Origin: Candidatus Heimdallarchaeota archaeon B3_Heim
GTDB lineage: Archaea; Asgardarchaeota; Heimdallarchaeia; Hodarchaeales; Hodarchaeaceae
NCBI GenBank assembly: GCA_003144275.1
Contig: NJBF01000022.1
Location: forward strand, 1 to 32,000
Length of the DNA: 32,000 nucleotides
Direction: 5' to 3'
The translations under genes were made by a program, and so were the position numbers. Below are positions 17,786 through 27,711 of the stretch, one piece after another. Position 1 is the stretch's first letter; each line of letters begins with the position of its first letter. Under the pieces are notes generated by a model. The model worked only from the letters and a program-made list of their open reading frames with translations. It did not search any database and had not been told where the DNA came from.

Positions 17786-20155
17786 ATGGTCATAGGCAAG
17801 ATAATGAGGTTTACATTAACTCAGATGAGTAAACGTCGATTACCCATTACTGATGGACAGATAGACGTAGAAGGATTAAGAGGGAAATCAGTTGAGATCA
17901 TCCGGGATAAATGGGGTATTCCACACATATTTGCCGACCATTCACACGATCTATTTTTTGCCCAAGGATTCGTGCAGGCCCAAGATCGACTATGGCAGAT
18001 GGAAATCAACAGAAGGACTGCGAATGGAACATTAAGCGAGATTTTTGGTGATATTGCAATTGAAACAGATCGTACTGCTCGGACATTTGGATTCGCTAGA
18101 TTAGGTAAAATAGATTGGGATAATGCTTCAGAGGAAGTGAAAGAATGTATACAAGCATATGCAAATGGTGTCAACGCATTTTTAAAGCATAAAAAATCAA
18201 AATTACCTGTAGAATTCACTCTGATTAGGCATAGGCCTGAAGTATGGACTCCGCAAGATTGCTGTGCATTTACTCGAGTCATGTTATGGCAGCTCTCCCA
18301 CGCATGGTTGGGAGAACTTATTAGGGCAAAAATTGTTGAGGAAGTTGGGAGTGAGCACGCTGCAGAATTAGAAATTAGCTTTCCTGATACACACCCAATC
18401 ACTCTACCTAATGGCATAGAATTTAATGTCTTGGATAAAAATGGAATACTTTCGGGGTCTAGTGGTCCTTTCCTAGCACGAAGTCAAGGTAGTAATACTT
18501 GGGTTATTTCTTCGGAGAGAAGTACATCTGGACATACTTATTTGTGCAATGATATGCATTTATCACTAATGCTTCCGAGTATTTGGTATGAAACTCATTT
18601 AATCGGAGCTGGGTTTAACATTTCTGGAGTTTCATTAAGTGGAAACCCATTGATTCTCGTTGGCCACAACCAAAATATTGCATGGGGAAGTACTTTAGCC
18701 TTTACCGATGCAGAAGATCTATTTATCGAGAAAATGAATGAAGAAGATCCCACACAATATGAAGTAAATGATAAATGGGTAGATGCCGAAGTTATTGAAG
18801 AAGAGATTATTGTAAAAGGACAAGAGGAACCTCATATAGAGAAAGTATTGATTACTCGTCATGGGCCAATTATAAGTGACGTCATCGAGGGGACAAAAAC
18901 CCGAATTGCAACTAATTCAATGGCCTTAAAGCCCAGTCAAGCGTTACAGGGTTATTTCTTGTTGAATAAAGCAGCTAATTGGAATCAATTTGTAGAAGCT
19001 ATGCAATTCATTGATGCCACACAATTGAATATGTCTTATGCGGATGTGAATAATAATATAGGCTATTGGGTTACAGGAAAAGTTCCTATAAGAGCAAATG
19101 GGCATAAAGGGAATATACCTGTTCCAGGATGGAATGATTCGAATGAGTGGCAGGGAGAAGTTCCCTTTGAATCGATGCCACATGCTCTAAATCCAAAACA
19201 AGGATATATTATTAGTTGTAATCATAAAATTGTTCCTGATGATTTCCCATATTTTTTGGGTGAGGTTTGGATGAATGGAGCTAGAGCAAAACGGTTCGAA
19301 CAAATTCTCACTGATAAAGGAGGTAAACTTTCTGTTGAAGATTTCAAAGCAATGCAAATGGATGTTACATGTTTACCCGGACAGCAATTTGTGGAATTCG
19401 TAAGAGATTTAGAAATAGCTATCAACGATGACACAGAAGCCTCAGTGGCTTTACAGCTCTTAACCGATTGGAATGGAGTATTATCTACTGACTCAATAGG
19501 TGGAGCGATTTACGAAGTTTTACGATACAACATAGTTCGCGATATTCTAAGTTGCGGTTTAAGCGAGAAATTAGTACTAGAAATTATGGGAAAAGGATTT
19601 AATCCAGTTTTATATCATGCTAATGAATTTTATGGTCATGATACTTATACTATTATGCGTTTGCTAAAAACACCAAATTCTTGGTGGATCCAAGAGGCAG
19701 GGGGAACAAAAGAGATAATCATCCGGAATTTGAAGAAAACAGCCATATGGTTATCAAGCTCATGCGGTAAAAAGCCTACAGGTTGGCAGTGGGGTAAACT
19801 TCACAAGATCCACTTCCCCCATGCATTAGGGCTTAAAAAACCACTTGATCAGGTCTTTGATCGGGGTAATATTCCAATCGGTGGAGATACAGACACTCTT
19901 TGTCAAACAGCAATTCACGCAGATGACCCGTACGATGTTAATGCGTGGGCTCCATCTCATAGACAAATAATTGATATGAATGATTTATCAAAATCATTGA
20001 TGATATATGCTCCAGGGCAATCGGGACATTTAGCGAGTAAACATTACGATGATTTGATACCAATTTGGTATAATGGAGAATATCATCCAATGTTATGGGA
20101 ACGAGCTGATATCATTGCCCGTGCTGAAGGCCGTTTAATTCTAAAATGGGGTTAA
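17786..20155 (+). CDS. Penicillin acylase family (Ntn hydrolase) amidase, no signal peptide
   Basis: IIRDKWGIPHI, FAQGFVQAQDRLWQME, autoprocessing site G|SNTW, NDMHL and PGQSGHLASKHYDD. The start may be ATG 17804. Confidence 0.92.
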   Translation: MVIGKIMRFTLTQMSKRRLPITDGQIDVEGLRGKSVEIIRDKWGIPHIFADHSHDLFFAQGFVQAQDRLWQMEINRRTANGTLSEIFGDIAIETDRTARTFGFARLGKIDWDNASEEVKECIQAYANGVNAFLKHKKSKLPVEFTLIRHRPEVWTPQDCCAFTRVMLWQLSHAWLGELIRAKIVEEVGSEHAAELEISFPDTHPITLPNGIEFNVLDKNGILSGSSGPFLARSQGSNTWVISSERSTSGHTYLCNDMHLSLMLPSIWYETHLIGAGFNISGVSLSGNPLILVGHNQNIAWGSTLAFTDAEDLFIEKMNEEDPTQYEVNDKWVDAEVIEEEIIVKGQEEPHIEKVLITRHGPIISDVIEGTKTRIATNSMALKPSQALQGYFLLNKAANWNQFVEAMQFIDATQLNMSYADVNNNIGYWVTGKVPIRANGHKGNIPVPGWNDSNEWQGEVPFESMPHALNPKQGYIISCNHKIVPDDFPYFLGEVWMNGARAKRFEQILTDKGGKLSVEDFKAMQMDVTCLPGQQFVEFVRDLEIAINDDTEASVALQLLTDWNGVLSTDSIGGAIYEVLRYNIVRDILSCGLSEKLVLEIMGKGFNPVLYHANEFYGHDTYTIMRLLKTPNSWWIQEAGGTKEIIIRNLKKTAIWLSSSCGKKPTGWQWGKLHKIHFPHALGLKKPLDQVFDRGNIPIGGDTDTLCQTAIHADDPYDVNAWAPSHRQIIDMNDLSKSLMIYAPGQSGHLASKHYDDLIPIWYNGEYHPMLWERADIIARAEGRLILKWG

Positions 20156-20194
20156 AAGTTCCCTCACAATTAATTAATTCTTGCCAAGAATAAA

Positions 20195-22057
20195 TTGTAT
20201 ATAAACTCGTTAACCCGCTCATTTATTATGGCGGTAATTACTGCAAAGAAAGAGATTTCCTCAAAATCGTTTTCTCGATGGTTTCTTGGGCACCTATTAG
20301 CTAATCCTCTGAACCTCGTACTTATCTTTGTCGGTACATCTGTATCCATATTAATTCGTATGTTAATTCCAGTTTTTTTGGGACAGGCTCTCGACCAAGC
20401 AATTATTGATCAACAAAACCTCAGGACAAATAATGAACAATTAGTCATTTTGAGGGATTTTGTATTTCTGATCTTCTTTCTTGGCATTCTTCGCTTTATT
20501 GTGGGAATTGTAACGTCTATTGCCAATGAATGGCTCTCGTGGACATCTCAAAAGAGAATTCGAGAAGAATTTTTCAATTCTATTCAGAATAAACCATTAA
20601 AATTCCATGATTCAGTAAGAACTGGGGAATTAATGGCTTTAGCGACGAATGATCTCTCTCAAGTAGGTGGATTAATTTCTCCAGGATTTTCAATGATGGC
20701 CGATGTTTTTATATCTATAACGATTGCTGCTTTCCTAGTCTTAACATTACTAAATGCTCCCCAACTCTTAATAATGTCAATTCCATTTTTCATCGTTTAT
20801 TTATGGACAATTTTTAGTTATAATAAGAAAATGGCCCCCATAAGTCATACATTTATGCGGAAATGGAGTGCAATAGCAACTGCAGTTCAGGATAATATTA
20901 CAGGAGCTGAAGTGGTCCGAGCCTTTGCAGAAGAGTCTTATGAAAGAAAAAAATTCATGGAATATGTATTAGATTTTAGAGACACATGGTATAAAAGACA
21001 GATTCTTCAAGCAAGATACTTTCCAACTTTGATCCTGTTTGCCACGACTGGAACGGCGGTTCTTGTAGGTTCTGTGCTCATTTTGAGAGGGGAATTAACA
21101 ATTGGTACGTTAATCGGTTTTACTGGAATTCTATTTACTTTGATAGGTCCAACATATATTATATCGTTTGCTGTAATGTTATATAATGGGGGATTGGCTG
21201 GAGCAAGACGGATTTATACTATGGAAATGAAAGAAATTGGAGAGGATGTTAGTGAGAATAATTCGTCTTCCATTGGAAATATCCAAGGCAAGATCGTCTT
21301 TAAAAACGTTTCATTTCAGTACCCCGCATCTAAAGGGCCAATTCTCGACAATATTTCTTTCAGTGTGGCACCAGGTCAGATGATTGCCATTGTGGGTCCT
21401 ACAGGATCTGGAAAATCATCTTTAACAAAATTATTGCTACGTCTTTATGATTATTCTGGAGAAATATTGATAGATGATGTGAATATCCAAAAATTTCCTT
21501 TGGAAAGCTTAAGAAAAAGTATTGGATTGATAGAACAAGATATCTATCTGTTTCCCAGATCAATTCGTAAGAACATTGCTTTTGGAGCTAGAGATGCAGA
21601 TGAAGCGAAAATAATTCAAGCAGCGAAACTTGCTCAAGCTCATGAGTTTATAACTGAATTTCCAAAAGGATATGATTCTTATGTTGGAGAAGGTGGAAGT
21701 CAACTTTCTGGGGGACAACGCCAACGTGTTGCTCTAGCTAGGACATTTCTAACAGATCCTCGGATTTTGATACTTGACGATTCCACTTCTAGTGTAGACT
21801 CTAAAACCGAGGAGGAAATTGTTAAAGCTATTAACGCTGTGAGTCAAGGACGAACTACTTTTATTATCACACACAGATTATCCCAGATTAGAAGGGCTGA
21901 TTGTGTCATCGTAATTAAGGGTAACAAGATTGTAGCAAAGGGACATCATTCAAAATTGATTAGTCAATCAGCTGACTATCGTAGGATATTTGGAAAATAT
22001 GCGGTCCTACCACCGTTAGAGAATAGAGAAACTGTTGAAAATGGAGGGGGTACATAA
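20195..22057 (+). CDS. ABC exporter (type IV, MdlA/TM287-like), fused TMD-NBD, subunit 1
   Basis: GPTGSGKS, LSGGQRQR and Walker B ILILDDSTS (Asp in place of the catalytic Glu). The start is probably ATG 20228. Confidence 0.93.
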   Translation: MYINSLTRSFIMAVITAKKEISSKSFSRWFLGHLLANPLNLVLIFVGTSVSILIRMLIPVFLGQALDQAIIDQQNLRTNNEQLVILRDFVFLIFFLGILRFIVGIVTSIANEWLSWTSQKRIREEFFNSIQNKPLKFHDSVRTGELMALATNDLSQVGGLISPGFSMMADVFISITIAAFLVLTLLNAPQLLIMSIPFFIVYLWTIFSYNKKMAPISHTFMRKWSAIATAVQDNITGAEVVRAFAEESYERKKFMEYVLDFRDTWYKRQILQARYFPTLILFATTGTAVLVGSVLILRGELTIGTLIGFTGILFTLIGPTYIISFAVMLYNGGLAGARRIYTMEMKEIGEDVSENNSSSIGNIQGKIVFKNVSFQYPASKGPILDNISFSVAPGQMIAIVGPTGSGKSSLTKLLLRLYDYSGEILIDDVNIQKFPLESLRKSIGLIEQDIYLFPRSIRKNIAFGARDADEAKIIQAAKLAQAHEFITEFPKGYDSYVGEGGSQLSGGQRQRVALARTFLTDPRILILDDSTSSVDSKTEEEIVKAINAVSQGRTTFIITHRLSQIRRADCVIVIKGNKIVAKGHHSKLISQSADYRRIFGKYAVLPPLENRETVENGGGT

Positions 22058-23913
22058 TGGGTTGGATTTTTGAAGGTATAGAACGACCAGAAGATGAACG
22101 GCGCTATGGTGATCGTGAACTCGTCCAGAGGTCATTGAAACGTCTAACCCCTTATCGTCGGCCTATTCTAATATCTTCAGCAACAACAATAGCATTAACT
22201 GTTATTAGTCTACTTAGTCCACTACTTTTTGGTTTCCTAATTGAAACTTTAGATGTTTCTGATTTGTCCAGCGTAAGTATTGCAATAATCCTCTTCGCTG
22301 GTACATGTTATCTAGTACTTTCTGTCGTGAGTTGGGTAGGAGATTATATAATAAACGTACAAGTTGCCAAAGTTGTTCCTTTTTTCATGGTCACTCTTCG
22401 TGGTGATATCTTTGACGCTTTGCAAAAGCAAGATATGAAATTTTTTGATCAGCATCGAAGTGGTAGATTGAACTCTCGAGTTTCAAGTGATGCTGCAGAT
22501 TATGGAGGAGCTGTATCTATAGTATTAACGGTTGTTGGCCAATTATTGATTATTGTAGCTGTCTTTTTTGTGCTTGCTCTGATCAATTTACAGTTAGCTG
22601 TACTTACTGCCATGGTGATACCTGGTTTAGTGATAATTAGCTTTTTATTTAGAAAAATTGCTCGTTCAACAAGTATGAGTTATAGAAAAGCACATGCGTC
22701 TGTAAATGCCGCAATAGCAGAAAGTGTGAATGGAATCCAAGTTTCTAAATCATTTGGTGTAGAGGCAGAATCGCTGGATGAGTTCAAAGAAGTAAACCAA
22801 AAGCATTTTCGGGCTGGATTTAAGAGAAGTATTTCCATGATGTTATTCTTTCCATTTGTAGAGATATTGTCGGCAACAGCAACTGTAATAATACTACTAG
22901 TGGGTGGTGAGATGGCATTATCAGGAACAAGTATTATTACTGCAGCATATCTTTTCATATTTATCTCCTATCTCAACAATTTCTTCTTCCCTATAACTCA
23001 ATTAATTAGCTTTTATGCCCAGATTCAAGCGGGATTTGCCGCATTTGAACGAATTCTGCAAGTTATTGATACCGAACCCTCTGTCCAAGATTTGGGAAAT
23101 ATTGAAAAGAATAAAATCGAAGGGGAAATCGAATTCCAACATGTAGATTTTGCATATGTACCTGAATCTCCAGTGTTGACTGATTTTTCCTTAAAAATTA
23201 ATCCAGGTGAAAAATTGGCGATTGTGGGGCATACAGGCGCGGGGAAAACGTCAATTATTGCGTTATTAACACGTTTCTATGAATTTCAAAAAGGGAAAAT
23301 CCTCGTTGATGGCACACATATTCGTGATTATGAACTAAAAGGATATCGAAACCATTTAGGAGTCGTACTTCAGACCCCGTTCTTGTTCAATGGTACGATC
23401 TTAGAAAATATAACATATGGAAGGAAAAATGCGTCTGATGAGGATCTCAAACAAGCATTACTGATATCACGAGTAGAGGAAATTCTTGAATACCTAAAAG
23501 ATGGCTTAGATACCTCTGTGGGTGAAGGTGGATCTTTACTTAGTACTGGACAGAGACAATTGATTAGTTTTGCCCGTGCTTTATTAGCTGATCCAAAGAT
23601 TTTAATTTTAGATGAAGCAACCTCTTCTGTTGATGCTTACACAGAATCATTGATTCAAGAATCACTTGAAGAATTAATGAAGGGAAGAACTTCAATTATT
23701 ATTGCACACAGGTTATCTACTGTAAAAAATGCAGATAGAATCATTGTAATTGATCACGGGAAAATAATTGAAGAAGGCACTCATAATGACTTGCTTTCGC
23801 TGAAGGGTGAGTACGCCACTCTATATAACACCTATTTTAAACACCAAGAGGTTAATTGGAATCCCAATGTTTCAGCTAGTCCTGCTACAGCAGAAATCGC
23901 TTATAACCCGTGA
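22057..23913 (+). CDS. ABC exporter (type IV, MdlB/TM288-like), fused TMD-NBD, subunit 2
   Basis: GHTGAGKT, signature LSTGQRQL and ILDEATSSVD. Overlaps the subunit 1 stop by 1 nt (TAATG). Confidence 0.93.
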   Translation: MGWIFEGIERPEDERRYGDRELVQRSLKRLTPYRRPILISSATTIALTVISLLSPLLFGFLIETLDVSDLSSVSIAIILFAGTCYLVLSVVSWVGDYIINVQVAKVVPFFMVTLRGDIFDALQKQDMKFFDQHRSGRLNSRVSSDAADYGGAVSIVLTVVGQLLIIVAVFFVLALINLQLAVLTAMVIPGLVIISFLFRKIARSTSMSYRKAHASVNAAIAESVNGIQVSKSFGVEAESLDEFKEVNQKHFRAGFKRSISMMLFFPFVEILSATATVIILLVGGEMALSGTSIITAAYLFIFISYLNNFFFPITQLISFYAQIQAGFAAFERILQVIDTEPSVQDLGNIEKNKIEGEIEFQHVDFAYVPESPVLTDFSLKINPGEKLAIVGHTGAGKTSIIALLTRFYEFQKGKILVDGTHIRDYELKGYRNHLGVVLQTPFLFNGTILENITYGRKNASDEDLKQALLISRVEEILEYLKDGLDTSVGEGGSLLSTGQRQLISFARALLADPKILILDEATSSVDAYTESLIQESLEELMKGRTSIIIAHRLSTVKNADRIIVIDHGKIIEEGTHNDLLSLKGEYATLYNTYFKHQEVNWNPNVSASPATAEIAYNP

Positions 23914-23972
23914 ATTTTGAGACTCCTGACGCATGTAGCTATTCATGTGAGTTGAACTGTAAAATAAGATTT

Positions 23973-24521
23973 CTATAAATGGACTCTCAATGGAATTTCA
24001 CTTATCGTAATGAAAATGAGACTAACTACAGTCAATGAAATTAGAATATATAAGATTTGGAATAAGCCGTGGTTGTATAACCATTGTACGCGATCAATGG
24101 TTGATCTACTTTTAATTGCTAAATGACTTAACTTGATTAACACTTGGTGTTCATTCGCGTTAAAATGATCCCGATCCAATATCTTTTCGATATTCAAATC
24201 GTGTTTCACTCGAGCTAAACGTAGTCGAGCACGATGAATCATAATTTGCGTAATTAAGGAAATAAATACCATACAAAGAAGCATTAGTATATTAACGCCA
24301 GCAAGTAATCGTGTTGAAAGTAATGTTCCACTAAAGAAAAATTGAAGAGAAAGAAAGGTTAGCACAGATGCGGACATAGCAACCGATACAAGGGGAGTTG
24401 CTGCAGCACTTAAAAATTCGATCCGAGTGCTTGCATTTTCTAATAGTTCTAGAAGTTCCTTTCGAATGGTAATTGCTTCATGAGAATGTCCCGAAGAATG
24501 AGATTTGTTTGTTGGCTCCAG
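23973..24521 (-). CDS. Hypothetical membrane protein (about 3 TM segments)
   Basis: The track ORF is 23973-24377. The frame stays open 48 codons further upstream to a CTG at 24521 (LEPTNKSHSSGHSHEAITIRKELLELLENASTRIEFLSAAATPLVSVA-M). The start is uncertain. Confidence 0.6.
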   Translation of the reverse strand: MEPTNKSHSSGHSHEAITIRKELLELLENASTRIEFLSAAATPLVSVAMSASVLTFLSLQFFFSGTLLSTRLLAGVNILMLLCMVFISLITQIMIHRARLRLARVKHDLNIEKILDRDHFNANEHQVLIKLSHLAIKSRSTIDRVQWLYNHGLFQILYILISLTVVSLIFITISEIPLRVHL

Positions 24522-24548
24522 CTTTAATCACGCTTTTCCTTTTCATCG

Positions 24549-25817
24549 TTAACTAAGAAATTTCTTTCCAAATGCACGCAATGCATCTTGGAACATTTCA
24601 ATAGGAGCAGCTGTTAGACCTGCACCGATTTGGCCAACTCCTGCATCCTTATGAGCAATACCAGTATTAATGAGAGGAGTCTCATTTAATTCTACCACTC
24701 GTCGTATATCGACACCTGTCGGTGTTCCGCGAAAATTTAGAATTGGAATTGTAAATGATTTACTTATCCCCTCCGTTATTTCGTACATTCTTTCAGTTCT
24801 GGATACTGCATCGGTTGCAGCCCCACCAACAAAAGATACAATGGCTGGAGAGGCTGCCATTGCAAATCCACCTATCCCAATAACTTCAGATATCGTTGAA
24901 TCACCTAAATCTGGGCAGGCGTCGGCTGTTGAATATCCAGGAAAATATAATCCATCAACCATAGTTGCTGGGGAGGTAAACCATGATCGACCTAATCCCG
25001 AAACTTGAATACCAATATCAGTACCATTCCGAGCCATCGCGACCATCAAAGAACAATATTCGATGTCACGAGCTGCATCCGCTATTAGCTTTGAGTGAGG
25101 CATTGATAAATTCAAGTGAAAAATATCTGCATTATCCTTAATGAATTGAAATACTTCTTTTACCACTTTTGAATCAGTGGTATCTAAAAGGTGAGGTGTA
25201 AGTTCACTTAAGAAAAGATAAGTACCCGATCGGTTTCTATTATGCGCCTCGTCTCCCATATGAAGGGACTCTGATATTATGGCTTTAATATCAATTCCTT
25301 TGGAGTGAATGATGGCTTTTTTCATTGTTGGTGCTAAAACATCCTTCATCCAGTTAAGACGCTTTAAAACATCATCACCCCATCCACCGAATCTTAGAAC
25401 TTTTCCTCTACCTTCGTTTAATGTACAATAAGCTCTTGCTTTAGTTTTGGGATCTTCTAATATAAATACGGATTGATGAGGCGCAGTAATTCCTGTCATG
25501 GGGCCAACTGCATCATGATCATGATTTGGATCAAATTTTATGTCCCCTGATGCGGCTAAATCGTAACCATCTTCAATTGAATCAGCTAATCCTTCGTATA
25601 CTAATATCCCAGCAATTGCACCTTTTATCGGTCCAGACATTTTTCCCCAGTCAATAGGTGGTCCAGCATGCAAAACTGTTTTTTCATCCATTCCAGGAAC
25701 AACGTTAATCGCAAGATCGATGTCAACCAAAATTGGTTGTACACGTGCCATCTTTTCTAGAGCTTCTTGATTTGCCGTGTCTATTGATTTTTTTATGTTC
25801 ATTGATACCATACTCAT
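24549..25817 (-). CDS. DUF1116 / YlbE(AllG)/YahG-family protein
   Basis: VLHAGPP, MSGPIKGAI, PNHDHDAVGPMTG, LNEGRGKVLRFG, HMGDEAHNRN, PDLGDSTISE and INTGIAHKDAGVGQIGAG. Confidence 0.88.
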   Translation of the reverse strand: MSMVSMNIKKSIDTANQEALEKMARVQPILVDIDLAINVVPGMDEKTVLHAGPPIDWGKMSGPIKGAIAGILVYEGLADSIEDGYDLAASGDIKFDPNHDHDAVGPMTGITAPHQSVFILEDPKTKARAYCTLNEGRGKVLRFGGWGDDVLKRLNWMKDVLAPTMKKAIIHSKGIDIKAIISESLHMGDEAHNRNRSGTYLFLSELTPHLLDTTDSKVVKEVFQFIKDNADIFHLNLSMPHSKLIADAARDIEYCSLMVAMARNGTDIGIQVSGLGRSWFTSPATMVDGLYFPGYSTADACPDLGDSTISEVIGIGGFAMAASPAIVSFVGGAATDAVSRTERMYEITEGISKSFTIPILNFRGTPTGVDIRRVVELNETPLINTGIAHKDAGVGQIGAGLTAAPIEMFQDALRAFGKKFLS

Positions 25818-25837
25818 TTGTTAGCTAGTAAAGTAGA

Positions 25838-26011
25838 TTATAGCAGCTTATCCAATAAATGTAGGAGCTCACGATTACCCCTTGCTGGTGGTTCCCATTT
25901 AATATGAACTACTGGGATACCTTGAGTTTTGGAAGCCTCAAAAAAAGAACGTAATCCGATATTTATTACCAGTGGCCCATCTTTTACTAATTTATCAATT
26001 TTCTTCGTCAT
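25838..26011 (-). CDS. 57-aa FdrA-associated small protein (MTKKIDKLVKDGPLVINIGLRSFFEASKTQGIPVVHIKWEPPARGNRELLHLLDKLL), missing from the ORF track
   Basis: Translated by hand: ATG 26011, TAA 25840-25838. It sits 13 nt after the fdrA-like stop and 20 nt before DUF1116. The VINIGL...VVHxxWxPxAxGN...LLxxL pattern matches, from recall, the C-terminal segment of FdrA-type proteins. Confidence 0.85.
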   Translation of the reverse strand: MTKKIDKLVKDGPLVINIGLRSFFEASKTQGIPVVHIKWEPPARGNRELLHLLDKLL

Positions 26012-26024
26012 AACCTTATATCCC

Positions 26025-27605
26025 TTATTTCATTTCAATTTTATCTTTCTTTGAGGCGATTAAAGCAGCTAATTTTGCTGCTTGAGCATTAGTAGGCATT
26101 GTAATTACACCGTGAGACGCCAATCGATTGAGAGAATTGTTATAATCCTGTGGATCTAAAGGTGTACCGCAAACATGTGCTACAATCGGAATGAACCTGT
26201 TATTCTTTTTCCATTGGAGAAATGCATCTTCCATATCAAGAACTGGATCAGGATGAGATCCGTACCCTAGTACAAAATCCAGTAGAATCACAGCTGTTTC
26301 AGGATCATTAATTTCTTTCAAAAAACGCTGAGTACGCTCAGTTTGATCAATCATAGGATGAGGTTTACCAAGTGTAAACTCATCTGCTCCCATATCAATC
26401 AGAGTATTACCTTGACTTGTCTTAACATTTTTAATAATCCGTGTCCCATCAAGGTGGATATTGGTATAGAGTGAATCCTTTGTTAATAACAGATCTCTGA
26501 TGATTTGAGCTGCTTCAAAGGTGAAAGTGCCTCCAGCGAACAGTCCTCGAATGAATTTTTGATCAGGATGGAGACGTTGTTTTGCTTCTCTCAGGGATTT
26601 TGCTACTTTCACCTCATCATCGAACTGAATAGTTGTTCGTGTTAACTTACCTGACTGTATAAACGTTGCTGCAGTGTAAGCTGCGTCTTCAAGTGTATCA
26701 ACAGTCACAGATTTATTTGGAAAATCACAATATCCGTGGTGTTTACCGAGAAAGTTTATGATAACTGGTTTCGAACAATTCCTTATTTCCCTCACGATTT
26801 TGGAAATCGTATTTGCTTCTGGAGGTTTCGAAACCAATATAATAAGTTTAATAGAGGTGTCCCTTTCTAAAGCACGTAACCCATCTATCATTGTGATTCC
26901 TCCCACAGCATCCGTCACATCTCTCGATCCCGTACCAATAGCATGTGTTACACCTAGATTCAGATGATGACATAATGTCATTACCTCTTGAGTTCCTGTA
27001 CCAGACGCAGCTATAATACCAATGGAACCTGGATTTACTATATTACAGAAACCCAATCCTACATTTTTAATCATGGCGGTACCACAGTCTGGTCCCATTA
27101 ATAGAAGGCCTTTACTATGTGCTTCTTTTTTTAATCGAATTTCATCTTCTAAAGACACGTTGTCGGAAAAAAGAAGAACATTAAGATCATTCATTAAAGC
27201 AATATGAGAATCTCTTGCAGCATACTCTCCTGGAACTGAAATCACCGCCAAATTTGCGCCAGGGAGACCTGCAAGAGCTCCTCGAATAGATCGATACAAT
27301 AATGTACTATCATGAGAGGACTGAACAGATTGAGAAAGATAATCAAGTATAAAACCTATCGCTGCTTCTGCACTTGTTTCCGAGTCAGCTCGAATTGAGA
27401 TAATTATATCATTCGCGTCTGCTATATTAGCCTCGGGAGTGAGGAGCCCGACCTCTTCTAATAACGGTTTATTCTTTGTTGTGCCCATCATTACAGAAGC
27501 TATTTTGACACCATCAATTTCTTTGCTGACACTAGATGCAGCTCTCATTAACTGAACTGAATCACGATATTCCTGATGTATGAGGTGGGTTCTAACAATA
27601 GCCAT
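26025..27605 (-). CDS. fdrA: FdrA/YahF (AllF)-family acyl-CoA synthetase-like protein
   Basis: YRDSVQLM, VMMGT, ANLAVISVPGEYAA, LLFSDNVSLEDE, LLMGPDCGTA, AASGTGTQEV, RGLFAGGT and DMGADEFTLGKPHPMID. ATG 27605 is preferred over the track start at 27650. Confidence 0.88.
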   Translation of the reverse strand: MAIVRTHLIHQEYRDSVQLMRAASSVSKEIDGVKIASVMMGTTKNKPLLEEVGLLTPEANIADANDIIISIRADSETSAEAAIGFILDYLSQSVQSSHDSTLLYRSIRGALAGLPGANLAVISVPGEYAARDSHIALMNDLNVLLFSDNVSLEDEIRLKKEAHSKGLLLMGPDCGTAMIKNVGLGFCNIVNPGSIGIIAASGTGTQEVMTLCHHLNLGVTHAIGTGSRDVTDAVGGITMIDGLRALERDTSIKLIILVSKPPEANTISKIVREIRNCSKPVIINFLGKHHGYCDFPNKSVTVDTLEDAAYTAATFIQSGKLTRTTIQFDDEVKVAKSLREAKQRLHPDQKFIRGLFAGGTFTFEAAQIIRDLLLTKDSLYTNIHLDGTRIIKNVKTSQGNTLIDMGADEFTLGKPHPMIDQTERTQRFLKEINDPETAVILLDFVLGYGSHPDPVLDMEDAFLQWKKNNRFIPIVAHVCGTPLDPQDYNNSLNRLASHGVITMPTNAQAAKLAALIASKKDKIEMK

Positions 27606-27711
27606 TACTAACACACGTATTCGTCGGTAAAGCAGACAATATAAGTGCACTCTTCACAGTCATAAAGAATTTTTCGTGAATAATATCAGCTGGAGAAAGA
27701 CGATTTTTAAA

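Noticed and set aside
25868-25975. Apparent pseudoknot or multi-stem RNA (GATTAC/GTAATC, CTGGT/ACCAG, GGTTCCC/GGGATACC) between fdrA and DUF1116
   Set aside because: The region is fully explained by a 57-aa coding frame with a recognisable motif, and the topology does not fit HDV-like ribozyme rules.
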